From: Heptranchias perlo
Taxonomy: Eukaryota
Assembly: GCF_035084215.1 (NCBI RefSeq)
Contig: NC_090353.1
Coordinates: 13,144,001 to 13,208,000, forward strand
Length of the DNA: 64,000 nucleotides
Direction: 5' to 3'
The position numbers and the translations under genes were made by a program. The notes under the pieces are model-generated. The model was not told the origin of the DNA and searched no databases. It worked only from the letters and a program-made list of their open reading frames with translations. Below are positions 1-11,945 of the stretch, piece by piece. Positions within the stretch are counted from its first letter, which is position 1. Each line of letters opens with the position of its first letter.

Positions 1-300
1 TGAGGAAGGTGCTGGCTTTCAGATGGGATGTTAAACCAATGCCTTGTCTGCCTGCACTGGCTAAGGAAGAAGAGATCACATGGCACTGCTTGAAGAAGAG
101 CAGGGAGTTCTCCTGGTGTCCTGGCCAACATTCCTCCCTCAACCAACACCACGAAAAAATAACAATTTAACTGGTCATTCAACTAATATTCTGTTTGTGG
201 ACCATTGTGTGTACTAATTGGCTGCTGTGTTCGCCTGCATATCACCAGTAATGGGTGTGGAGCACTTTGGAGCTTCCTAAGAACATGATAAGGCGCTAAT
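1..300 (+). mobile_element. Deu-domain SINE (SacSINE1/AmnSINE-like), partial, cut by the window edge
   Basis: Shares the body with the full copy at 2451-2897 (tttcagatg..ttaaacc, gaagaagagcagggagttctcc, aattggctgc). Confidence 0.7.
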
Positions 301-1854
301 TCTTATTAGCAGACAAATATTTTAACAAATTTATGTTACATTCGGTTAGTCGGCTATTTTAGCAGAGTGGGTAACCTATTTACAATAAAGCACTTGCCTT
401 AAAGTAGTGGACAAAGGAACGTAATACAAGATCACTAAGTGTCTTCCACTTTTATCGCCAACAGTAATTTGGAAGCTTAAAATGTTCTATGGTAAAATAG
501 GAAATGTCATTTTACTTAGTAAGTGACAATGAATCAAGGCCCTGAATTCCCCCTCGAAGCCTGGGACAGACTCTTGAGATCAGAGGGGCAGGGCAGGACA
601 GGCGAGGCTGGGAAATGGGGTGGGACCCAGTCATGCCAGGTCTCCACCCTGAAAGAATTTCCTCTGGGGCGGGTACAGACCAGTGGGACAGGGTCATCTG
701 CCAGAATTCCCGCTGGCCTCGTCTCCTGTGACCCCAATGTTCAGCACATTGCAGCGGTAGAGGTGGGGCCTTCAAGAGTGTTCTAGGTTGGGAAAGCAAC
801 CCTGAAGTCAGCAGACTTTCAGAAAAGGGACCGAAAATTGAGATTTTTTGTTGTTGTTGCTTGTGCTGGACCAGCCATTTTGCAGATAAACAGCAATCTA
901 TTGCCACATTCTCTGAAACCGAGCGGGTGGCCAAGATGTGTGAGCACCTACCTGTATTATGCAAGCTGCCTGATCTGGGGAACCCAGGCAAGGTCAGGCA
1001 CTTGGGTCAGTGGCGGGACCTGACTCCTGCTCCACCAAAGTTACAACGGCAGAGCGGGATTGCAGATGAACCAAAATAGTTGCAGTTTTCCTTTTAATTC
1101 TCTGGAATATTTCATTTAATAATACAACGGCAGGGTCCTGTTAGTCTCGATTTTATTTGGTCATTTATTTTCTGATAAGCAATCAGAAAGTAGGTCAAAC
1201 TGCCTAAGTCAAATCCTCGCCCAGGACAAGTAGTAAGATGGTTACCTGCAGGTTACCAGAACGCAGCAAATACTTTGCGTTGCTAAAGTACAGAAGTAAC
1301 TCTGTGGCCTTCTCATTGCAATGTGAATGTAACTGAAATCAGTCATTGCCATCTCCCCAGTTAATGGAGATGCTCAAACTTCCTGAGCGCAGGGGATTTT
1401 AGGTGGCTTTTGCCCAGATCAAACGCTTCACTTGCTTTCCACCCACACATCTGCAAAGCCTTTTTGAAAATCACACTGCAGTAGCAGTACAGCTTTTACT
1501 ATTTTTTTTAAACGAAGATGTATCTCAGTAAAATTACGACAGCAGCAACAAAATGATGGCACAGAAAATAAATTATGGGGTGCGTATCAGCTTTGGTGCT
1601 GACATACACTCGCTAGGAACCTCTGCTGCTGATTCCAGGGGACTTTCCAGGTAGTTTAGTGTGTACCATGCCCAGTAATAGGGTCCTTACAACTAGCAGA
1701 GAGAGGAGACCTACATCTCACTGCATTGGACTAGATTTGAACCCAGATCCCAGAAGTGAAAGGCCAGTGTCTAACCCATTACAGCAGCCAGTTCCAAAAT
1801 GCTTTTGATTTAAAATGATCTTTCATTTTTTTTAAGGAAAACAAAAAATATGTT

Positions 1855-2367
1855 GGCTTAGGAATTGGCAAAGGTGAACCAAATCGAAACCGATGAGCAA
1901 GAGGACCACACAAGATTGGTCATCTTGCATCATCAGGACACTCTGGCACCCTGGGGACACCAAGAGACAGTGCGCTGGTCGCAAAGAAGTTGATAATCGT
2001 CCGATGGTGACGTCAACATCGGAGCAGCCGTGAGTCCGGGGGAGGTGGGGTGGGGGGTGGGGGGAGATTGGGAAGGGGCAAGTGGTGACTGGCAGCAGCT
2101 CTTTCTGACTCCACATACAGGTAAGTAAAAAATTTGTCAATTACCTTTTTGGTGGCAGCCTCCAGCGATCTCTTTAAAGACCGACATTTTGGCTGCTGCG
2201 TGCCTGAGAGAACTGACTGCAGACACACAGCACAAACCAATTTCAGGAAAGGGAACTGAAATAGGCATTAGGCCCCCCAGTTTGCGTAGGACACCCTAAT
2301 CAAGCTGGCGTTCAGCGCCCGTTTTTCGCCTGAGAAACAGATGCTGCGCCATCCAATTTTTAAGCCC
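1855..2367. mobile_element. Putative MITE with Harbinger-type termini
   Basis: Left ggcttaggaattgg versus right ccaatttttaagccc (imperfect TIR). The right end resembles that of the 18324-27580 element. TSD not clean. Confidence 0.4.
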
Positions 2368-2450
2368 TTGTTTTGCAGAAACAATATTATAAATTAATGT
2401 TCACCGCACCTTTTGAGAAGTTGAGTGTAGTATTTCAGTAAGTGTTAACC

Positions 2451-2897
2451 ATGGCTCAGTGGTAGCACTCTCGCCTGTGAGTCAGAAGGTCGTGGGTTCA
2501 AGCCCAATTCCAGAGACTTGAATACATAATGCAGGCTGATACTTCAGTGTGATACTGAGGGAGTGCTGCACTGTTGGAGGTGCCGTCTTTCAGATGAGAT
2601 ATTAAACCAAGGTTCTGTCTCCTCTGTCAGGTGGAGTAAAACATCCCATGGCACTATTCAAAGAAGAGCAGAGGAGTTCTCTCTGATGTCATGACCAACA
2701 TTTATCCCTCAAACAGCACCACCAAAACAGATTATCTGGCCATTAATCTCATTGCAGTTTGTGGGATCTTGCTGTGTGAAAATTGGCTGCCACCTTTCCC
2801 TACATTACAACAGTGATGACATTTCAAAAGTACTTCAGTACTTTGGGATATATTGAGCTCATGAAAGACGCTATACCAATGCAAATTCTTTCTTCTT
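2451..2897 (+). mobile_element. tRNA-derived Deu-domain SINE (SacSINE1-like), full length
   Basis: Pol III A box tggctcagtgg, B box ggttcaagccc, conserved central domain, L2-like tail ending gctata..aatgcaaattctttcttcttt. Confidence 0.8.
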
Positions 2898-3924
2898 TCT
2901 AACCAGGGCAGAAATAGACTAACAGTAACAGGTAGGACTTCTTTAGAAAGTAAGATTTGCAATTTAATTTGCATTTCTTTAACCTAACATTTTTGTGGTT
3001 AATAGAAAAAATGAGGCAGATGTACAATCGCCAATTTAAATTTGTAGCCACAAGGTCACAAGATAAGTACAGATGAGGGAGGTAATTTTAGCCATCCTAG
3101 TTCATCCATCCAAAAAGAACCTACAGTTCCCCATCATAGTATCTAATGTTTCTTATGCTGCACTTGTAGCATTTAAGGTTTAAGATCCGGCAGTGTAAAT
3201 CTGGAGTCAGCGAACTACCTGATTTCAGAAGGAAGTGAAGCCTCACACCGCTTCAGTTTGTCACCACATGGAGGGTAAATCAAGTGTGGGGTCAAATCTG
3301 GTTTACAAAGTGCGCTGGGGGTCTGTTGGACCACCTGGATACTTTGTAAACCTACTGTATCTTAATTTAATGTTTAGAGAACAGATATTCTCCCATTCCC
3401 GCTCTCTAAACATTTAGGGGCCCATTTTCGTATGCCTACCACCCCATTTACACTGACAATTTAAAACAAGGGTCCTGCTCTCTGACCACCTGACTCGATT
3501 TTCCAGCGGGCCTCGAAATGGGTGGGTCACGTTCCCTCCGAAAACAGGCAGGGAGCCTTATTAAAATATTTAAATCAGTGTTGTTGTAGGACCCGACATT
3601 GTGGACCAATGGAAACTGTGTGTTGGTCCCTGGCGTGGAGTGGCCTAACCAGCGGTGCTTAAAGGGACCACTGCTGAACGCTCCAAAACCTGATAACACA
3701 TAGTCCAGCTCACATAGTCCACAGCAGCAACCCCCCCACCCCCACCCATGATGTCAGCCAGCTCACCATAGGAGTTAACCAATTCCCCGCCCTCTTCAAC
3801 CAGTGAGCTACCTCTGAGCGCCTTCCAGCACTTGAAGCTTGCTGGCCAGAAGCTAATGAGGCCCAGGCACCAAGATAGATCGGCCCTCTCACCGCTGCAA
3901 TCAGGCGGACAGTACAATCACAAC

Positions 3925-5900
3925 CAGAGGATTGGAGGACTGCTAATGTTGTACCGTTGTTTAAAAAGAAAGAGAGAGATAGACTGAGTAATTACAGGCC
4001 AGTCAGTCTAACCTTGGTGGTGGGCAAATTATTGGAATCAATTCTGAGGGACAGGATAAACCGTCACTTAGAAAGGCACTGATTAATCAAGGACAGTCGG
4101 CATGGATTTGTTAAGGGAAGGTCGTGTCTGACAAACTTGATTGAATTCTTTGAGGAGGTAACAAGGAGGGTCGATGAGGGTAGTGCGTTTGATGTAGTCT
4201 ACATGGATTTTAGCAAGGCTTTTGACAAGGTCCCACATGGCAGATTGGTCAAAAAAGTACAAGCCCATGGGATCCAAGGGAACGTGGCAAGTTGGATCCA
4301 AAATTGGCTCAGTGGCAGGAAGCAAAGGGTAATGGTTGACGGGTGTTTTTGAGACTGGAAGGCTGTTTCACAAGAACATAAGAAATAGGAGCAGGAGTAG
4401 GCCACATGGCCCCCCAAGCCTGCTCCACTATTCAATCAGGTCATGGCTGATCTTCGACCTCAACTCCACTTACCTGCCTGATCCCCATATCCCTTGGTTC
4501 CCCTAGAGTCCAGAAATCTGTCTATCTCAGCCTTGAATATATTCAACAACACAACATCCACAGCCCTCTGGGGTAGAGAATTCCAAAGATTCACAACCCT
4601 CTGAGTGAACAAATTCCTCCTCATCTCAGTCTTAAATGGCCGACCCCTTATCCTACGACTATGCCCCCTAGTTCAAGACTCTCCAGCCATGGGAAATAAC
4701 CTCTCAGCATCTACCCTGTCAAGCCCCCTCATATTCTTATATGTTTCAATTAGATCATCTCTCATTCTTCTAAACTCCAGAGAGTATAGGCCCATTCTAC
4801 TCAACCTTGCCTCATAGGACAACCCACTCATCCCAGGAATTAATCAAGTGAACCTTCACTGCACCACCTCTAAGGCAAGTATATCCTTCCTTAGATAAGA
4901 AGACCAAGTGGGTTTCCAGTGGGCTTCCGCAGGGCTCAGTATTGGTCCCTTGCTTTTTGTGGTATATATTAATGATTTGGACTTAAATGTAGGAGGCATG
5001 ATTAAGAAGTTTCCAGATGATACAAAAATTGGCCATGTAGTTGATAGTGAGGAGGAAAGCTATAGACTACAGGAAGATATCAATGGACTGGTCAGGTGGG
5101 CAGAAAAGTAGCAAATGGAATTCAATCTGGAGAAGTGTGAGGAGCATTTGGGGAGGGCAAACAAGGCAAGGGAATGCACAGTAAATGGGAGGATACTGAG
5201 AGGTGTAGAGGAAGTGAGGAACCTTGGAGTGCATGTACACAGATCCCTGATGGTAGTAGGACAGGTAGGGATAAGGTGGTTGAGAAGGCATATGGAATAC
5301 TTTCCTTTATTAGCCGAGGCATAGAATATAAGAGCTGGGAGGTTATGCTAGAACTGTATAAAACACTAGTTAGGCCACAGCTTGAATATTGCGTACAGTT
5401 CTGGTCACCACATTACAGGAAGAATGTAATTGCACTAGAGAGGGTACAGAGATGTTGCCAGGACTAGAGAATTTTAGCTATGAGGAAAGATTGGATAGGC
5501 CGGGGTTGTTTTCTTTGGAACAGAGGAGGCTGAGGTGTGATTTAATTGAGGTGTACAAAATTTTGAAGGGCCTAGATGGAGTGGATAGGAAGGACTTATT
5601 TTCCTTACCAGGGAGATTTAAAATGATTGGTAGAAGCTTTAGAGGGGAGCTGAGGAAAAATGTTTTCACCCAGAGGGTGGTGGGGGTCTGGAACTCACTG
5701 CCTGAAAGGGTGGTAGAGGCAGAAACCCTCATCACATTTAAATGTACCTGGATGTGCATCTGAAGTGCCATCACCTACAAGGTTACGGACCTAGTTCTGG
5801 AAAATGGGATTAGCCTGGGTGGCACATTTTCAGCCAGCGCGGACATGATGGGCCAAATGGCCTCCTTCTAAGCTGTATATTTTCTATTCTGTGATTCTAT
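3925..5900 (+). mobile_element. CR1 LINE, 5'-truncated, decayed RT
   Basis: ORF fragments IEFFEEVT..DVVYMDFSKAFDKVPH, FPDDTK, LYKTLVRPQLEYCVQFWSP; (attctrtg)n-type 3' tail at ~5882-5900. Confidence 0.9.
4370..4908 (-). mobile_element. CR1 3' fragment inserted antisense into another CR1
   Basis: Begins with the reverse-complemented tail (aagaacataagaaataggagcaggagtaggcc). Host CR1 resumes at gtttccagtgg. Confidence 0.8.
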
Positions 5901-5959
5901 GAATGCCCACCGCCCACCCAATTATCACAGCAAACCAAACCCGGCCCCTTAAATTTCTA

Positions 5960-7590
5960 TTAGGAGAGCCCAATGTTTGTTTCCAGTCATGCACTGAAAC
6001 TCCAAGGTCTCTTTCAGCTTCATCCTTAGCTATTTTGGCACCATTCATGGCGTATGTGTGTTGCCTATTCTTCTTTCTAATGTGTCGCACTTTACATTTG
6101 TCTGTATTAAGTTTCATCTTTCACTGTTCTGAACACTTACATATCTTTTCCAACTCATTCTGTAATTACTAAGTTGCCTTTTATGATTCAATTGCCCCTT
6201 CTAGTTTGGTATCATCTTCAAATTTGACCACTTTGCATTGGGTTTCTAAATCCAGGTCCTTTATGTAAATTAGAAACAGTAGTGGTCCCAGCAAAGAGCC
6301 CTGAGGCTCCCACAGTACTTAACCCTACTCTAACGTAACTCCACTAATGAGTACTGATTGTTTCCTACCCTTCAACTAGTTTCTTATCCATTCCCGGGGT
6401 TTACCCTGAATCTCCACAGCTTTGAGTTTGTCATAAGCCTTTTGGAAATCAAGGTTCACCACATCATAGGGCTTACCACAGTCCACTGTTGTCACTTCCT
6501 CAAAGAAGTCGAGCAAGTTGGTTAGGCCGGAACCTTACCCTTCTTAGTCCATTTTGACTGTTGTTTACCTAGATTAATGTTGTAAAAATAGTCCTCAAAT
6601 TTACTCCTGATAATCAATGCCATTGTTTTAGATGGAATGGAAGTAAGGTTGATGGTTCTGTAGTTGCCTCTATCTGCTTTGTCCCCCTTTTTGAATATGG
6701 GCACCACATTAGCCTATTTTCAATCTTTTGGTACCTTCCAGGTGTCCAATGGCTCCCTCATAAGGATTGTCAGTGCTTCACAAATGTCTTCTATGGTCAC
6801 TTTCAGTAGGCTGGGATAAATAACAACCATCTCTGGGAATTTATTTGCTTTGAGTCCAATTGGCCTGCCTAGGACTTTCATTTAATTTATAACAAAGTCA
6901 TTGAATTTACTTGGGATAGCTTTGTTTCGAAAGGATGTGTTGCTCATGTCTTCCTTTGTGAATACTTAGAGGAAGCAATCATTCAGAATATTCCTCAGCT
7001 TCAAGGCCATTTGCATGTTTTATGGTTTTCAGCTCTTCTCTTGCTGTTGTGGTACTGTAAGAATTTTTTATTGTTAAGCTCAGTCTCAGCTGCTGTGCGC
7101 TCCCCAGGTCCCTTTTTGCCTCTCTGATCGCTTTTTTAACATGTTTCTGCAATTTTTGATATTCATCCCACCTCTCCTTTCCCCTGCGGGATTGTATATG
7201 TCATTTTTTCCTCTTTATCTCATTTTTGTTTGATGATCCATTTTATTTAGGGTCATGTTTGTTTGGTCTGAGCTTGTTGGTTTGGGGATTGTATTTATTT
7301 TGCATGCTCAGTACTATATCTTTAGAGGTGTTCTACTTGCCTTCTTCTGAAGTGTTGTTGAACTACCTCCCACATTCTATTTGCTTCTGTTGTTCCCTCA
7401 TTTCACTGTGTATAGCCCTTTTAAAATTATATACCAGGCTTCCGGTCTTAAGTATTTTTGATTCCCAGACCATGTTAAACTTTATTATTCTGTGATCACT
7501 CTGGGGGAGAGGTGCTACAATTTCCATTTCCTGTATGATTTCTGAGTAATTTACGAATACCAGATCAAGATGAGCATTACCTCATGGCTT
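5960..7590 (-). mobile_element. Old CR1 LINE (decayed APE/RT); its 3' tail probably lies at ~3050-3155
   Basis: Minus-strand fragments VPIFKKGDKADRGNYRTINLTS and KLNTDKCKVRHI. Confidence 0.75.
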
Positions 7591-7714
7591 CAGAACCCTC
7601 TGGTAGGATATCTCGAGAAAGAGAAAGAAAGCCAGGAGGAAAAAGAGAAAAAAGGCAGAATGAATGACAGAAAGAGAGAGGGAAAATGAAAGAATGAAAA
7701 ATTTTTTTAAAATA

Positions 7715-8097
7715 TTGTAAAGCAGTCATCACATTCTCAGAACATCCCAAAGCACTTCACAACCAATGGATTACTTTGATATGCAATTACTATTGTTATG
7801 TAGGAAAACGTGGCAGCCAATTTGCCCACAGCGAGGTCACTCAAACCGCAACTGAATGAATCTGTTTTTGGCAGCTTTGAATATTAGCAACAACACAAGG
7901 AGAATTCTTTGTGCTTCTTTGAATAATGCCATAGGATCGTTTATATTCATCTGTACAGTCAAATGGGGCCTCAGTTTAACATTTCATTTGAAAGATGGCA
8001 CCTCTGACAATGCTGCACTCCCTCAGTACTGCACTGAAGTGTGAATCTCGATTATGCGCTCAATCCTCAAGTGGGGTTTGAACCTACAACCTTCTGA
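7715..8097 (-). mobile_element. Deu-domain SINE
   Basis: Reverse-complement similarity to 2451-2897. Confidence 0.7.
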
Positions 8098-8697
8098 AAG
8101 AAGTATTATGGTTTGGTTTCCAAGCCACAGTATCACGTTAACTCCAGATCCTCCTGTTTTCACTCTGTCCTCTATAAGTCTGGGACTCCATTTTTAACCT
8201 AGAATAACATTGCCAGGTGTCCTCAAAAATTCAATATTTCCCTTTTGAAAGCAATGGTACAGTACCAGTACATCACATTAATTAACAGCTCTTTCTGTTT
8301 GAAGATTAATACAGAGCTTCCAAATTTATGGTGTAGAAAATATTTCCAGTCAATGTGTACTTGTTCAGTCTTTTTCTATTTTCTTCCTTTTGCCCTGATA
8401 CCTCTTAATAGGTTTGAAACACTATTGATACTAAAGGCCAAGGATTGTATCACCTGCTTGAATGAACAGATTTAAAATAGCACCAAGAATTATTTAATTT
8501 TAAAACGTCTTTACCTCCAGTAATCAAATATTGTCTGTTACTGGGGGAAAGAAATTTTACTTTGCATGAAAAATGCTGATAAAAAGGCTGGGGTTCAAGG
8601 TGATGAAAAGGCAAGGAATTCAATGCTCCCCCTCCCGCTAACAAATGTCACTGTAACCACTCAACATTAAACAGCCCATAGGCAATATCACTCGGCT

Positions 8698-11600
8698 CCC
8701 CTTCAACTGTGGACCGCCTCCCCTTCAACTGCGGCCCGCCTCCCCTTCAACTGTGGCCCGCCTCCCCTTCAACAATGGCCCACCTCCCCTTTGTTGCGGC
8801 AACTAAAGAATTACGGGCTTTGCGATATTAATGTTGATGTAAGAGGTGTAAGTGTACAATCTTTATATGTATAATGAAGTTATCCTAGCTACAAAATAAC
8901 CAGTGTGACCGCAAGGCATAATGGGAAGCTTGACCAAAAAGGATTAAAGCAAAGTGTCAGCAGTTTAACCGTAGCAGTTGTCCTAAACATGTTTTCACAA
9001 AACCTTGTAAGAAGAACAATGGACTAAGATAATGATAATGGGAGACCTCGGACACCGGATAAGGTGAATTGCAAACCATAGGAAGGCAGAAGTAAGAGCT
9101 TAAGACAGTTGAGATAAGAGGGACAGTTGAGATAACAGGAACATCTCCTCCCGCACAGACGTAAGACTCCATGATGACTATGGGCTAGGTATAGGCAGGA
9201 CCTAGTTGGTCACATGCGTGAGGCCAACAGACTGCTGCCTGTCAGTATCAACCATACTGTGTATAAAGCCTGATGAAATTGTTTAATCGGAGGGACCCTT
9301 GGCTCGCTAAGGCTGTCCCCTGAATATGCTTGAATAAACTCTGCTTACGAAAGGCTGTCCGGACTCAGCATGGGTGATTTGAATAGTGACCGAGACGGTC
9401 GCTACAACACCTTCAACAATGGGCCACCTCCCCTTCAACGGTGGCCCATCTCCCCTTCAACTGTGGCCCACCTCCCCTTCAACTGTGGCCCATCTCCCCT
9501 TCAACAATGGCCCACCTCCCCTTCAACGGTGGCCCATCTCCCTTTCAACTGTGGCCCACCTCCCCTTCAACTGTGGCCCACCTCCCCTTCAACTGCGGCC
9601 CACCTCCCCTTCAACAGTGGCCCACCTCCCCTTCAACTGTGGCCCACCTCCCCTTCAACTGTGGCCCACCTCTCCTTCAACAATGGCCCATCTCCCCTTC
9701 AACTGTGACCCACCTCCCCTTCAACTGTGGCCCACCTCCCCTTCAACTGTGGCCCACCTCCCCTTCAACAGTGGCCCACCTCCCCTTAACTGTGGCCCAC
9801 CTCCCCTTCAACTGTGGCCCACCTCGCCTTCAACTGTGGCCCACCTCCCCTTCAACTGTGGCCCACCTCCCCTTCAACAGTGGCCCACCTCGCCTTCAAC
9901 AGTGGCCCACCTCCCCTTCAACTGTGGCCCACCTCCCCTTCAACTGTGGCCCACCTCTCCTTCAACAATGGCCTATCTCCCCTTCAACTGTGACCCACCT
10001 CCCCTTCAACTGTGGCCCACCTCCCCTTCAACTGTGGCCCACCTCCCCTTCAACAGTGGCCCACCTCCCCTTAACTGTGGCCCACCTCCCCTTCAACTGT
10101 GGCCCACCTCGCCTTCAACTGTGGCCCACCTCCCCTTCAACTGTGGCCCACCTCCCCTTCAACAGTGGCCCACCTCGCCTTCAACTGTGGCCCACCTCCC
10201 CTTCAACTGTGGCCCACCTCCCCTTCAACAATGGCCCACCTCCCCTTCAACTGTGGCCCACCTCGCCTTCAACTGTGGCCCACCTCCCCTTCAACTGTGG
10301 CCCACCTCCCCTTCAACTGTGGCCCACCTCGCCTTCAACTGTGGCCCACCTCCCCTTCAACTGTGGCCCACCTCCCCTTCAACAATGGCCCACCTCCCCA
10401 TCATTGGTGGCCCATCTCCCTTTCAACTGTGGCCCACCTCCCCTTCAACTGTGGCCCACCTCCCCTTCAACTGTGGCCCATCTCCCCTTCAACGGTGGCC
10501 CACCTCCCCTTCAACTGTGGCCCACCTCGCCTTCAACTGTGGCCCACCTCCCCTTCAACTGTGGCCCACCTCCCCTTCAACTGTGGCCCACCTCCCCTTC
10601 AACAGTGGCCCACCTCCCCTTCAACTGTGGCCCACCTCCCCTTCAACTGTGGCCCACCTCTCCTTCAACAATGGCCCATCTCCCCTTCAACTGTGACCCA
10701 CCTCCCCTTCAACTGTGGCCCACCTCCCCTTCAACTGTGGCCCACCTCCCCTTCAACAGTGGCCCACCTCGCCTTCAACAGTGGCCCACCTCCCCTTCAA
10801 CTGTGGCCCACCTCCCCTTCAACTGTGGCCCACCTCTCCTTCAACAATGGCCTATCTCCCCTTCAACTGTGACCCACCTCCCCTTCAACTGTGGCCCACC
10901 TCCCCTTCAACTGTGGCCCACCTCCCCTTCAACAGTGGCCCACCTCCCCTTAACTGTGGCCCACCTCCCCTTCAACTGTGGCCCACCTCGCCTTCAACTG
11001 TGGCCCACCTCCCCTTCAACTGTGGCCCACCTCCCCTTCAACAGTGGCCCACCTCGCCTTCAACTGTGGCCCACCTCCCCTTCAACTGTGGCCCACCTCC
11101 CCTTCAACAGTGGCCCACCTCGCCTTCAACTGTGGCCCACCTCCCCTTCAACTGTGGCCCACCTCCCCTTCAACAATGGCCCACCTCCCCTTCAACTGTG
11201 GCCCACCTCGCCTTCAACTGTGGCCCACCTCCCCTTCAACTGTGGCCCACCTCCCCTTCAACTGTGGCCCACCTCGCCTTCAACTGTGGCCCACCTCCCC
11301 TTCAACTGTAGTCCACCTCCCCTTCAACAATGGCCCACCTCCCCATCATTGGTGGCCCATCTCCCTTTCAACTGTGGCCCACCTCCCCTTCAACTGTGGC
11401 CCACCTCCCCTTCAACTGTGGCCCATCTCCCCTTCAACGGTGGCCCACCTCCCCTTCAACTGTGGCCCACCTCGCCTTCAACTGTGGCCCACCTCCCCTT
11501 CAACTGTGGCCCACCTCCCCTTCAACAGTGGCCCACCTCCCCTTCAACTGTGGCCCACCTCCCCTTCAACTGTGGCCCACCTCTCCTTCAACAATGGCCC

Positions 11601-11945
11601 ATCTCCCCTTCAATGGTGGCCCATCTCCCTTTCAACTGTGGCCCACCTCCCCTTCAACTGTGGCCCACCTCCCCTTCAACTGTGGCCCATCTCCCCTTCA
11701 ACGGTGGCCCACCTCCCATTCAACTGTGGCCCACCTCGCCTTCAACTGTGACCCACCTCCCCTTCAACAATGGCCCACCTCCCCTTCAACAATGGCCCAC
11801 CTCTCCTTCAACTGTGGCCCACCTCCCCTTCAACAGTGACCCATCTCTCCATTCAACAATGGCCCACCTCCCCTTCAACTGTGGCCAATTTCCCCTTCAA
11901 CTATGGCCTGCCTCACGTTCAACTGTGACCCACCTCCCCTTCAAC
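8698..11945. repeat. 22-bp minisatellite (CCTTCAACTGTGGCCCACCTCC)n, ~4 units plus ~115 units, split by a solo LTR
   Basis: Direct reading of the tandem units. The long + strand ORFs are the 22-aa periodic translation of this repeat. Confidence 0.97.
8792..9409 (+). mobile_element. Solo LTR (618 bp) of an LTR retrotransposon or ERV
   Basis: TGTTG...CAACA termini, 4-bp TSD CCTT (8788-8791 and 9410-9413), TATAAA at 9262, AATAAA at 9333. Confidence 0.85.

Larger units (their letters stand above)
3417..5948. mobile_element. Non-autonomous Harbinger-type element (MITE) with TTA TSD, carrying a nested CR1
   Basis: TTA|ggggcccattttcg ... ccaaacccggcccc|TTA. The rejoined flank aaacatttaaatttcta matches an uninterrupted copy of the host repeat at ~13140-13156. 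Confidence 0.75.

Noticed and set aside
1838-2120. Exon-like segment with a good acceptor and CAG|gtaagt donor
   Set aside because: Stops in all three frames, and it lies mostly within a MITE-like element.
2451-2520. tRNA gene
   Set aside because: The A/B boxes belong to a SINE head that runs on into the SINE body; no complete cloverleaf.
9410-11945. CRISPR array
   Set aside because: Head-to-tail repeats with no unique spacers, no cas genes, and a eukaryotic context.
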